Assembly (NCBI GenBank): GCA_030447525.1
Contig: JAUJOR010000001.1
Location: 299,466 to 363,465, forward strand
Direction of reading: 5' to 3'
Length of the DNA stretch: 64,000 nucleotides
Source: Chloroflexota bacterium
Lineage (GTDB): Bacteria > Chloroflexota > UBA11872 > UBA12225
Below are positions 20,737 through 29,455 of the stretch, piece after piece; positions within the stretch are counted from its first letter, which is position 1, and every line of letters begins with the position of its first letter. Position numbers and translations under genes: made by a program. The notes beneath the pieces were generated by a model, which was not told the origin of the DNA, searched no databases, and saw only the letters and a program-made list of their open reading frames with translations.

Positions 20737-21672
20737 ATGGCGCAGATCGGCATCGTGGTCCCCGCGTACAACGGCGCTCGGTTTCTGCGGCAGATGCTGG
20801 AGAGCGTCCTGGCGCAGACGGTAGCCGACTGGGAGCTGGTCGTCGTTGACGACGGGTCACACGACGAGACGCCCGAGATCGTCCGGCGCTTTGCCGACCG
20901 CGACCGGCGGATCCGGCTGGTGCAGCAGGGCAATGGTGGCGTCGCCGTGGCACGTAACCGCGGCATGGCCGAGCTGAGCGCCGATTGCCTCGAGATAGCC
21001 TTCTTGGATCACGACGACGTCTGGGAGGCCGACGCGCTGGCGACCTTGTCCGGCGCCTTGGAGCGCGATCCACAGGCGGCTGGGGCGTACGGACTGGCGC
21101 GATTCGTGGATGCTCAGGGACGCCCCGATCCGACCCACGAGCTGGAGGCCTTCGGCCGGCGCCGGCGCGGCGTGCGGGACGGGAGCTTGCAGGACTGGCC
21201 GCCCACCTGGCCGACGGGCCTCGAGGTGATGGCGGTCGGGTGCTGCATCTCCACGCCCGGGCAGGTGCTCATCCGGCGCCAGGCGCTGGGGGCGGCAGAA
21301 CCGTTCGACGCTGCGGCCGCGCCGTCGGATGACTGGGACTTGTGGCTACGACTCTGCACCGCCGGGCACCTGGCCTTCGTCGACCGCCTCGTCATCGGCT
21401 GGCGCCAGCACGACAACAACGCCTCGCGCCAGCACCGCTCCGAAAGCGCGTCAATCCGCTACACGCGGGCGAAGCTGGCGCGATCGCCGCAGCTGACGAA
21501 CGAGCAGCGCCGGTTGATCCGGCTCGCCGATCGCTGGCACCGCTGGGACGCCAGCCAATGGCGCGCGAGATGGGCCAGGTCGGCCCTTATCGAAGGACGC
21601 GTCCTTGATGCGGCCAATCACCTGCGCCACGCCGTTGTTGACCGGATCGCCTTCCACACCTCTCGGGTCTGA
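20737..21672 (+). CDS. Family 2 glycosyltransferase
   Basis: The N-terminus MAQIGIVVPAYNGARFL and the motifs VVVDDGSHDET (DXD) and GGVAVARNRG are present. I place the start at the ATG at 20737. Confidence 0.8.
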   Translation: MAQIGIVVPAYNGARFLRQMLESVLAQTVADWELVVVDDGSHDETPEIVRRFADRDRRIRLVQQGNGGVAVARNRGMAELSADCLEIAFLDHDDVWEADALATLSGALERDPQAAGAYGLARFVDAQGRPDPTHELEAFGRRRRGVRDGSLQDWPPTWPTGLEVMAVGCCISTPGQVLIRRQALGAAEPFDAAAAPSDDWDLWLRLCTAGHLAFVDRLVIGWRQHDNNASRQHRSESASIRYTRAKLARSPQLTNEQRRLIRLADRWHRWDASQWRARWARSALIEGRVLDAANHLRHAVVDRIAFHTSRV

Positions 21673-21749
21673 TCGCCATCGCACAACGTCCCACCGGCGG
21701 CGCAGCCGGCACCATACCCTGGCCGCAGCCCCCACGCCTCGCCGAGGCA

Positions 21750-22493
21750 TTAGATGACGAGGTAGGGGTAGCCACGTAGGGCCAGGTCGACTACGGCCGC
21801 CACGCGGTAGAAGTAGCGGTCGAAGGTAGGGATGAAGTCTTCCCGCCTGACCTCCCGTGGGGCAATGGTGTCCCCGGTCGCGAGGGCTAAGGCGGGGATG
21901 GCGTCTCGCTCTCCTGACCAGAGGCGCAAGAGGTCGGCCACGGCTACTCCTTCCAGGGCGTGCACCTCCACCGGCTGCGGCCGGAACGCTGCCAACGGGA
22001 AGGGCGAGCGCCACAGGAAGACGTCTTGCAGCTCCCGGTCTCGCCCCGCCCCCGGCGGCTCGCTGACGGAAACACGGTGTCCCAGGGGGATCAAGTCTTC
22101 CAGGCGCGCCGCCTGGCCGATCTCCTCCTCTACCTCGCGCACGACGTCTTGGAGCGTCTCCCCGGCTCGGTAGTGGCCCCCGACGGAGGCGTCCAGCCGT
22201 CCGGGCCAGGTGTCCTTGTACCGGCCCCGCCGCTGGAGGATCAGCAGGGGGGATGAGGCGCCGGTCGCCGGCGGGGGGCCGCTCTCAGGCGCAGGGGAAG
22301 GCTGCGGGCCCAGGCAGGTAACCCAGCAGTGGAATGAGCGGTGCCAGTCCCCGTCACGGTGGACGTCGGCGCGGCGCTTGACCCGGCCGGCCAGGCGACC
22401 GTCGCTGTGGTAGAGGTCGAACAGCTCGCCGGGATCGCTAAAGGGGTCCACCCTCTCGCCGGGGCCGTTCGCGTCAAGGGGAGTGGCTGACAT
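21750..22493 (-). CDS. NUDIX hydrolase
   Basis: The Nudix box is GGHYRAGETLQDVVREVEEEIG. Confidence 0.8.
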   Translation of the reverse strand: MSATPLDANGPGERVDPFSDPGELFDLYHSDGRLAGRVKRRADVHRDGDWHRSFHCWVTCLGPQPSPAPESGPPPATGASSPLLILQRRGRYKDTWPGRLDASVGGHYRAGETLQDVVREVEEEIGQAARLEDLIPLGHRVSVSEPPGAGRDRELQDVFLWRSPFPLAAFRPQPVEVHALEGVAVADLLRLWSGERDAIPALALATGDTIAPREVRREDFIPTFDRYFYRVAAVVDLALRGYPYLVI

Positions 22494-22523
22494 CGGGCGA
22501 CTGGCAGGACCGGCGGGGACGGC

Positions 22524-24641
22524 TCAGGGCTTGGTGCGCACGAAGACGAGAAAGGCCCCGGACTGGTGGGCCACCTCATAGGCATCTTCCAGGTAGCTGT
22601 GGACGATCCTCCCCAGCGTGGGATCCCAGAGGAACAGGGCCAGGACATCGATGCGGGGGTAGCCGGCGATCTGCCCGTCAAAGTCGGTGATGCCCCGCTG
22701 GTCGAGAAGGAGGAGGTGCCCCCAGAAGGTGTCCTGGTCGATGTAGTGCTGCTCTCTGGTGTAATAGGCGACGTCGCGCGAGGCGACGTAGGGCTCGTCC
22801 GGACGCAGGATGGTATCCAGATAGGTGGCCGTCTCACGCTGCCCGGAGACGCCGTAATTGTACGCCGTAGAGTAGGTCGCCCGCGCCTGGGCACCGTTCA
22901 CCCCCCAGCTCCAGGAGAGTGTCAGCAACAGGCCGAGGATGGCCAGCTGCCGCGGGAGGTGGTAGCGCCCCAGGGCGGCGCCGAGGACGAGAAAGGCGAA
23001 GCCGAGGGCCGCCGGCCAGACGAGCAGGGGGAGGACGAAGTCGTAGCCCTGGAACAGGACGTAGCGATCCCCGACGAAGGTGACGAAGTAGCCGGCCATG
23101 CCGGCCAGCACCACGCCATACACCGGCAGCTCCCACCACGCCAGGGAGGGGACGTAACGGGCCAGGAAGTAGGCCAGTCCCACGGCGCAGAACGGCATCA
23201 TGCTGATGTGGTACTTGGGAAAGCTGGCCGCCAGCTTGATGAGGTAGGCCAGGCCGATGACCCCGCCGCTCAGGAGCACGAAGTCCAGCGGTCGCCCCCC
23301 CCAGGAGTGACCGGTGCCCGGCAGCCGTCGCAGCCGCCGCCACAGGGCGACGAACGGCTGCCCCACCAGGTCCACGGTGCGGGAAAGGGAGGCCCAGGCG
23401 AACAGTCCGATGGCGTACGGCGAGACCCACAGGGCGACGTAACTCACCATGTCCAGCAGGATACGGGGGTTCTCGCGCCAGGTCCCGGAGCTCCCGGCGG
23501 CGTCTCGCAGCTGGAGATCCAGGATGCGGAAGGGGAGAGCGAAGGGCATGCCCAAGGCGAGACAGACGCCCCACCAGGTCACCAGGAAGAGGCCGGCGCC
23601 GCCGAAGGCGACGATCGGGGTGTCCACCAGCAGGCGCCACGGGCGCCAGGGGTGCGTCGCCAGCAGCCGGTAGAGCGCGGCCGCGGCCACTAAGGCCAGC
23701 GATGTGGTCATCTTGGCCCACAGCGAAAGGGCAAAGGTGAACGTAGCCAGCCCCAGCAGTGTCCAGGTCACCGGGCTGCGCAGGGGCCGATTGGAGCGCA
23801 AGAGCAAGACGTAGACGAACGCCAGCAGGGCGATGGAGGCGACCAGAACGGTACCGTCGATGTCCAGCAGCAAGGCGCTCTGGATGACGAACGGATTGGT
23901 GACGTACAGCGCCGTCCCAGCGGCGGCGAAGATGGGGGCAGCCCGTGTCTGGCGCCACAGGACGACCGTGGCCGTGGCGAAGACGAGAAGGGCCGCCACG
24001 GCGTTACAGATGAGCCCCACCGAGCGTGCCACCGTCTCCGACTCGCCCCACTGGCGAAAGGCCAGGCCCAGGACATAGACGTACAGGGGCGGGTGCCACA
24101 AGGCCCAGTTGAAGCGCTGGGAAAAGTCGCCCGGCGTCTCGGTCTGCATGTGCCCGACGTTGGACAGGGGGATGCCTCTCTCGGCCACGGCCTGCCCGGC
24201 AAAGGCAAAAGCGGCCTCGTCGTAGACGTATGGCTTGCCGAGCTGGGGCTGCGCGAACCACCAGGCGATCACAAAGGCCCCGGCCACGATGCCCAGGGCG
24301 ACCACCCAGCCGGCGAGCGTGGCCAGGGCGCTCCCCTGGAGCACCCGAGCCGGCCCTCGCCCGGCGCGCCCTGCGGGGGCGCCGGCGGGGCGGGGGGCAC
24401 CAGCCGGACGCTCAGGGGGAGACGCCTCCCAGCCGGCCGGTCCCGGCACGGCGCCCTCATGGTCGAGCGCCGGAAGGTCGAGCGTCCCGCCCACGGAGAC
24501 CGGCCCCGGCTGCTTCGCCCGGTGCCTCGGTCGGAGCCGGCCCGGCGGCCCAGGTGGCGTTTGCGCGAGATCGGCGTCTGTGGTGGTCGTCACACCTGGG
24601 TAGCCCGTTCGGCAAGGGGGCGGCGACGGGTATGGTACCAA
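22524..24641 (-). CDS. Polytopic membrane glycosyltransferase, ArnT/PMT (GT39/GT83)-like, with an approximately 100-aa Pro/Ala-rich cytoplasmic N-terminus
   Basis: It has more than 12 TM helices and a PMT_2-like N-terminal loop. It is adjacent to the Nudix and GT2 genes. Confidence 0.65.
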   Translation of the reverse strand: MVPYPSPPPCRTGYPGVTTTTDADLAQTPPGPPGRLRPRHRAKQPGPVSVGGTLDLPALDHEGAVPGPAGWEASPPERPAGAPRPAGAPAGRAGRGPARVLQGSALATLAGWVVALGIVAGAFVIAWWFAQPQLGKPYVYDEAAFAFAGQAVAERGIPLSNVGHMQTETPGDFSQRFNWALWHPPLYVYVLGLAFRQWGESETVARSVGLICNAVAALLVFATATVVLWRQTRAAPIFAAAGTALYVTNPFVIQSALLLDIDGTVLVASIALLAFVYVLLLRSNRPLRSPVTWTLLGLATFTFALSLWAKMTTSLALVAAAALYRLLATHPWRPWRLLVDTPIVAFGGAGLFLVTWWGVCLALGMPFALPFRILDLQLRDAAGSSGTWRENPRILLDMVSYVALWVSPYAIGLFAWASLSRTVDLVGQPFVALWRRLRRLPGTGHSWGGRPLDFVLLSGGVIGLAYLIKLAASFPKYHISMMPFCAVGLAYFLARYVPSLAWWELPVYGVVLAGMAGYFVTFVGDRYVLFQGYDFVLPLLVWPAALGFAFLVLGAALGRYHLPRQLAILGLLLTLSWSWGVNGAQARATYSTAYNYGVSGQRETATYLDTILRPDEPYVASRDVAYYTREQHYIDQDTFWGHLLLLDQRGITDFDGQIAGYPRIDVLALFLWDPTLGRIVHSYLEDAYEVAHQSGAFLVFVRTKP

Positions 24642-24659
24642 CCTGCGACCGGGAGTTGC

Positions 24660-24863
24660 TCAGCCTTTCCCGGAGGTCTCCTCCTCAAGTCCCTCGCCCC
24701 CGTAGCGCGCGGCGCGCCGCCGGTCGCGCAGCCCCAGGCGCCGATCAAGCGGGTCCCAGGCCGCGGCCAGGAGGAACAGGAACAGCAACCCGATACCCGC
24801 CATCACCTCGAAGGCCAGCGTGAGCAAGTCTGTTACGCCCGAGCGTACCGCGTCGCGTGCCAT
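24660..24863 (-). CDS. Possible small single-TM protein (67 aa), 19 bp upstream of the GT39-like gene
   Basis: The ORF contains one hydrophobic helix (LLTLAFEVMAGIGLLFLFLLAAAW). There is no homology support. Confidence 0.25.
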   Translation of the reverse strand: MARDAVRSGVTDLLTLAFEVMAGIGLLFLFLLAAAWDPLDRRLGLRDRRRAARYGGEGLEEETSGKG

Positions 24864-24973
24864 GTCCTGTCACTCCCGAGCGTTCTCGTCCCTCTGTAAC
24901 GCGACAGCGTGACAGATGATGCGAAATCGGTGATGCAGCATCGACCATAGGGCGCTGCGGTACGATCCAGACC

Positions 24974-25549
24974 ATGTGGCCGGCCCTGGAGGCGATAGAC
25001 GCAATGGCTCCGACTGCCTTGCTGCAGTCCCTGGCGGCCGCCGCGGTGCCCTACGACATCCGCCGGCACGACCCGGCGCGCCACGCGCGACACCTTGCGG
25101 CCATCTGGGGCATCCCCCTGCCCGAGGCCGGACGGGCAACGCTGTTCGATGCCGGCGGGGCGCCGGTGCTTGTCCTCGTCCCTGCCGACCGCAAGGTGTC
25201 GGCGCCCCGACTGCGCAGCGTTCTCGGGGTCACAGACCTGCGAGTGCTGCGCGGCGATCGCGGGGTGGGTCGCACCGGCTGGCGCGGCCTGCCCGGAGAG
25301 CCGGGGGTCCTGCCCGCCGTGCCCCGCCTGTACGGGGCGCGCTGCCTGGTAGAGGAGCTCGTCCTGAACCGAGAACGCCTGGTGGTCTCGCTGGAAGCGG
25401 GTCGGTCGGTGGCCCTGCTCCCCGCCGACTACGTCCGGGTAGTAGGGGCGGCGACGGCTCGTTTCGCGGGTGGGACGAGGCTCCTGCCTGAAGGGGGCAT
25501 GATCACCGAAGTGACGTTGGTGGGCCGGGAAGGATTCGAACCTCCGTAG
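24974..25549 (+). CDS. YbaK/ProX-like aminoacyl-tRNA deacylase domain protein; its 3' end overlaps the tRNA-Tyr gene
   Basis: A YbaK-like pattern is seen (PVLVLVPADRKVSAPRLRSVLGV..., GVGRTGWRGLPGEPGVLP). The last approximately 10 codons (GREGFEPP) are a translation of the tRNA T-arm/acceptor on the opposite strand. Confidence 0.45.
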   Translation: MWPALEAIDAMAPTALLQSLAAAAVPYDIRRHDPARHARHLAAIWGIPLPEAGRATLFDAGGAPVLVLVPADRKVSAPRLRSVLGVTDLRVLRGDRGVGRTGWRGLPGEPGVLPAVPRLYGARCLVEELVLNRERLVVSLEAGRSVALLPADYVRVVGAATARFAGGTRLLPEGGMITEVTLVGREGFEPP

Positions 25550-25605
25550 GGCGTCAGCCCGTCAGATTTACAGTCTGATGCAATTGACCGCTCTGCCACC
25601 GACCC
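25518..25605 (-). tRNA. tRNA-Tyr (anticodon GTA) with a long variable arm and an encoded CCA end
   Basis: I folded it by hand. The acceptor is GGGTCGG/CCGGCCC. The D-arm is GCAG-AGCGGTCAA-TTGC. The anticodon stem TCAGA/TCTGA carries the loop CTGTAAA. The variable arm is GGGCTGACGCCC. The T-arm is GGAGG-TTCGAAT-CCTTC. The discriminator is A, followed by CCA. Confidence 0.85.
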
Positions 25606-25613
25606 GTGGGCGA

Positions 25614-25642
25614 GAGTATGCAGCCCCCGCCTAGGACGTCAA
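25614..25642 (-). promoter_or_regulatory. Candidate sigma70-type promoter for tRNA-Tyr (TTGACG, 17-nt spacer, ATACTC, about 8 nt to the tRNA 5' end)
   Basis: The hexamers and spacing are read on the minus strand. Confidence 0.4.
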
Positions 25643-25780
25643 AGTATACCAATCGAGTCGTGTCGATCTCGGCCTACCCCGTTCGACGCCTTAGGAGAGG
25701 GCAGTGACGGTCGGACGCCACCATCCGCCGGCCAGCCCTCGCGGCCGACGGCAACAGCTACCAACAATGGAGACAGTTCG

Positions 25781-26206
25781 GTGCGAGTCATGGTCTTGAT
25801 CAAAGCCACCCAGGACAGCGAGGCGGGCGTCCTCCCCAGCAAGCAGATCCTGACCGAGATGATGCAGTACAACCAGGAGCTGGTAAAGGCCGGCATCTTG
25901 CTCGCCGGCGAGGGGCTCCACCCAAGCTCGAGGGGGGCGCGGGTCAGGTTCTCCGGGGGCAAGACGACCGTGATCGATGGACCCTTCACCGAGACGAAGG
26001 AGCTGATCGCCGGCTTCTGGCTGTGGCAGGTGAAGTCGATGGACGAGGCCATCGCCTGGGTCAAGCGTTGCCCCAATCCCGAGGGCGTCGAGGCCGAGAT
26101 CGAGATCCGCCCGGTGTTCGAAGCGGAGGACTTTGGGGCCGAGTTCACGCCCGAGCTCAGGGAGCAGGAGGCGCGCTTGCGCGCCCAGGCGGCCGCGAAG
26201 CAGTAA
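25781..26206 (+). CDS. YciI-like (YCII/DGPF domain) protein
   Basis: It is 141 aa (MRVMVLIKATQDSEAG...GPFTETKELIAGFWLWQVKSMDEAIAWVKRCP), which is the typical YCII fold signature. Confidence 0.8.
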   Translation: MRVMVLIKATQDSEAGVLPSKQILTEMMQYNQELVKAGILLAGEGLHPSSRGARVRFSGGKTTVIDGPFTETKELIAGFWLWQVKSMDEAIAWVKRCPNPEGVEAEIEIRPVFEAEDFGAEFTPELREQEARLRAQAAAKQ

Positions 26207-26259
26207 TCGCCGTGTGCCGGGCCTTGCGCCGGCGGGCACTAATCCTATAGACGGATGCC

Positions 26260-27429
26260 GTGACCGGATCAGAGACGCACCGCGCGATCGAGACGGTCTG
26301 GAGGATCGAGTCTGTCAGGCTCATCGCCGGCCTCACGCGGGACGTGCGGGACATCGGGCTCGCCGAAGAGCTGGCCCAGGATGCGCTCGTCGCCGCGCTG
26401 GAGCAGTGGCCCGAGTCGGGCGTCCCGCGCAACCCGGGCGCCTGGCTCATGGCCGTTGCCCGGCGGCGCGCAATTGACCAGCTGCGTCGGCGGGCGATGC
26501 TGGGGCGCAAGCACGAGGCGCTGGGCCGCGAGCTGGAGGTTCAGCAGGAGCTGGCCGCGGACGATCTCGATGGCGCGATGGACGTCGATGACGACATCGG
26601 AGACGACCTGCTGCGTCTCATGTTCATCGCCTGTCATCCGGTGCTGTCGACCGAGGCGCGCGTTGCGCTCACGCTCCGCCTGCTCGGGGGGTTGACCACC
26701 GAGGAGATCGCGCGCCCCTTTCTCGCCCCGGAGCCGACGGTCGCCCAGCGGATCGTCCGCGCCAAGCGCACCCTGGCCGCGGCGCGTGTCCCGTTCGAGG
26801 TTCCCGGCGGAGCCGAGCGCGCCGCCCGTCTGTCTTCGGTGCTCGAGGTGCACTACCTCATCTTCAACGAGGGCTACGCGGCGACCGCCGGCGACGCCTG
26901 GATCCGACCGGCGCTGTGCGAGGAGGCGCTCCGCCTCGGGCGCGTCCTGGCCGAGCTGGCGCCGAATGAGCCGGAGGTCCACGGCCTGGTCGGGCTGATG
27001 GAGCTCCAGGCGTCGCGCTTACGCGCCCGGATCGGCCCATCGGGAGAGCCCGTTCTGCTCCTCGATCAAGACCGTGCCCGCTGGGATCAGCTCCTCATCC
27101 GCCGCGGGCTGACTGCGCTGGAGCGGGCCGCGGCGCTCGGCGGCGCCCTCGGCCCATACGCCCTGCAGGGGGCGATCGCCGACTGTCACGCACGTGCGCG
27201 GGACCCTGAGGAGACCGAGCGGCACGCACCTAGCCGCCAACCATACGTTGCCCCGGGTCGCACCAAGGGGGCGGAAAGGAGAGTTCCTCTAGAAGCCGGC
27301 GAAGCGTGCCGGCGGGGAGGGCGCCGGGGCGTCGGGGTCGAGACGCTCGGCAGAGCGCTTCGCCGCTTCGTTAAGGGAAACGGCGCGGTGCACCTCCAGG
27401 ACCATGTGGCGCACTCGCACCAACTCTGA
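26260..27429 (+). CDS. ECF-type RNA polymerase sigma factor with a long C-terminal extension (DUF6596-type, conserved FNEGY motif)
   Basis: Sigma2 and sigma4 regions are present (LAQDALVAALEQW, PVLSTEARVALTLRLLGGLTTEEIARPF), and the extension contains HYLIFNEGYAAT. The pairing with an upstream YciI-like gene is a conserved arrangement. Confidence 0.8.
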   Translation: MTGSETHRAIETVWRIESVRLIAGLTRDVRDIGLAEELAQDALVAALEQWPESGVPRNPGAWLMAVARRRAIDQLRRRAMLGRKHEALGRELEVQQELAADDLDGAMDVDDDIGDDLLRLMFIACHPVLSTEARVALTLRLLGGLTTEEIARPFLAPEPTVAQRIVRAKRTLAAARVPFEVPGGAERAARLSSVLEVHYLIFNEGYAATAGDAWIRPALCEEALRLGRVLAELAPNEPEVHGLVGLMELQASRLRARIGPSGEPVLLLDQDRARWDQLLIRRGLTALERAAALGGALGPYALQGAIADCHARARDPEETERHAPSRQPYVAPGRTKGAERRVPLEAGEACRRGGRRGVGVETLGRALRRFVKGNGAVHLQDHVAHSHQL

Positions 27430-27691
27430 GGCGGCTCGCTGGTTTCCAGGGTCGGTCGCGATCGTGCGCTGGAGCTGCTCACGATACGCCACCAGGCGCA
27501 GCAAGCGGGTGAGAACGACCCGGTAGGGTCCATCGGCAGGCGCCGCTTCGCCCGGCCCGAGGGGGGGCTGGAGGTCGGCCGTCAACGCGCTCACGCTCAC
27601 GAAATCTACCCTTTGCCTGGTGCCGCCTGGGGGGTGCGCCGCGCCGACGCCCCTGCCCTAGGGCTTGTAACGAGTCGGCGGGCGGAAGGTG

Positions 27692-28168
27692 TCACGCCTC
27701 GCTCGCTCGCGGCGCTCCCGGCGCCAGGTCGAGGAACGTCGCTGCCAGGGTGTCGAGGTCGAGCAAGGCGCAGCGATTCCACATCGCCGCTCGGAGCTTT
27801 ACCACCTTGGTGGGGCCCAGCCAGGCGATACCCTCGGTGTGGTGGACGTGGCCACAGACGTGGGCGCGGGGGGCCGCACCTGGTTGCACCGGCGCGCCTT
27901 GGTCGTGGACGACGTAATGCAGACCGCGCGGCGGGAGGTGGGTGAGCAAGATCGCCCCGGCCAGGTCGAGGGTAAGGGTCTCCCCAGGCGCCAGCTGCGA
28001 ATCGTGGGGGGCAGTACCGTCTCCCCCAAAGCCCACGAAGCGGACGCCGGCTACCTCCCGCTCTTGACGGTGGATGGTCACCCCCGCCCGGCGGAACTCC
28101 TCGACGGCCCGCAAGGTGTCGTTGTTCCCGTGCACCAGCAGGAGCGGCAGACCATGGCGCCGCACCAC
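27692..28168 (-). CDS. Metallophosphoesterase (YfcE/MJ0936-like); homology continues upstream to about 28320 but no canonical start codon is available there
   Basis: The motifs LLLVHGNNDT and GHVHH are present. The upstream in-frame translation ...RTALCLADLHSNVTALRRVDAFLARKGPELSVVLLAGDV contains the DxH motif I. There is no ATG, GTG or TTG between the upstream TAA and the DxH motif. Confidence 0.6.
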   Translation of the reverse strand: MVRRHGLPLLLVHGNNDTLRAVEEFRRAGVTIHRQEREVAGVRFVGFGGDGTAPHDSQLAPGETLTLDLAGAILLTHLPPRGLHYVVHDQGAPVQPGAAPRAHVCGHVHHTEGIAWLGPTKVVKLRAAMWNRCALLDLDTLAATFLDLAPGAPRASEA

Positions 28169-28429
28169 GCCGATAACGTCCCTGGCGTAGGCCTCATGCC
28201 CAGAAATGGTGACGTCCCCGGCCAGGAGGACAACGCTCAGCTCGGGCCCTTTCCGTGCCAGGAAAGCGTCGACCCGGCGCAGGGCGGTGACGTTACTGTG
28301 CAGGTCGGCGAGGCACAGGGCGGTGCGGGGCCGGCGCCCGGTGGCTGCCGTCGTCCGCAGTCCTGCCGGTGACCAGAGGCGACGAACCCGGGGCGAGACC
28401 TCGTCTCCCTCTGCCGGCGCTGGCCGGCG

Positions 28430-28687
28430 TTAGGTGCGCACTCGCCAGGTGATACGTCCGCGTGTCAGGTCGTAGGGCGAGAGCTCCACCTGGACGCGAT
28501 CCCCAATCCCGACGCGGATGTAGTTCTTGCGCATTTTCCCCCCCAGGTGCGCCAGCACCTTGTGGCCCCCTTCGAGCTCGACGGTGAAAAAGGCGTTGGG
28601 GAGGGTCTCCTTGATCACTCCATCCATGGTGATCTTGGACACGTCTTCCTTGCGTGGTTGCCTATTGCCCGTCTGTGCCTGCACCAT
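28430..28687 (-). CDS. infA: Translation initiation factor IF-1
   Basis: The S1-like IF-1 signature ...[56 protein letters not shown] is present. The start may lie downstream of the listed one. Confidence 0.85.
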   Translation of the reverse strand: MVQAQTGNRQPRKEDVSKITMDGVIKETLPNAFFTVELEGGHKVLAHLGGKMRKNYIRVGIGDRVQVELSPYDLTRGRITWRVRT

Positions 28688-28864
28688 ACGCGCGACCCTC
28701 TCTCGTTCTCGTACCCGTCAACGCAACGCCCCACTTCTCGGTGCGTTCTCTACCCCTCTATAATGACATATGCGTCATGACCTGGCTGCTTCGCGCCGAC
28801 GCCTAGGCGGGCACGTCGCCGGCACTGGTTGATCGCTGCAGAGGCCGCGCTCCGGGAGAACGGG

Positions 28865-29395
28865 ATGCCCAAGTACGTCGAAGTCACCGAAGATGAAGCC
28901 TGGGCCATCGATCATACGATACGCCATACCTTCAGCGAAGGGCCGAACAACGTCGGCCGAGACTTGCTCTTGAAAGTGATGCACGTCATCCTGGAGTTTG
29001 AGGAGCGCCGGGGCAAGCCATTCTCTCCCCAGGTGCTCCCCGTGGCTCTGACAGAGGACGAGTGCTGGGCGGTCGATCACCAGATCCGTTGCGACCTGAC
29101 AGTCAACGGAAAGGCTGTTGGCCGGGGCATCCTGCTGAAGGTGTTTCGCGCCTTGACCGAGTACGCCAACGATCGCGACTCGGAGTCGAGTGTCGTCCGC
29201 CTGGGGTCGTTGGCCGATCTCCTGCGCCCTGGTCCGGGGGACGACGCCGGGGGGGATGGGGAAGGTTCTCCCGGGAGCCCGCATGCCGGTGGCGCCTCAG
29301 ACAAGCGCCCCGGCTCGGGGAGCTCGGAGGGCAATTCCCCCGATCGGCGCCCGCCGGACGATGGTACGGCGGGGCCTTTGCCCCGCGGGAAGTAG
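28865..29395 (+). CDS. Hypothetical protein with an internal tandem duplication of an approximately 40-aa module and an acidic, Gly/Pro-rich C-terminal tail
   Basis: The two modules are VEVTEDEAWAIDHTIRHTFSEGPNNVGRDLLLKVMHVILEF and VALTEDECWAVDHQIRCDLTVNGKAVGRGILLKVFRALTEY. I place the start at the ATG at 28865, preceded by GGGAGA. Confidence 0.5.
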   Translation: MPKYVEVTEDEAWAIDHTIRHTFSEGPNNVGRDLLLKVMHVILEFEERRGKPFSPQVLPVALTEDECWAVDHQIRCDLTVNGKAVGRGILLKVFRALTEYANDRDSESSVVRLGSLADLLRPGPGDDAGGDGEGSPGSPHAGGASDKRPGSGSSEGNSPDRRPPDDGTAGPLPRGK

Positions 29396-29455
29396 ACCCG
29401 CTGGGTCGACTCTGGTTGGGGGATCTCGCCGGCGGCGGCTCCCGGCTGAACCCCC

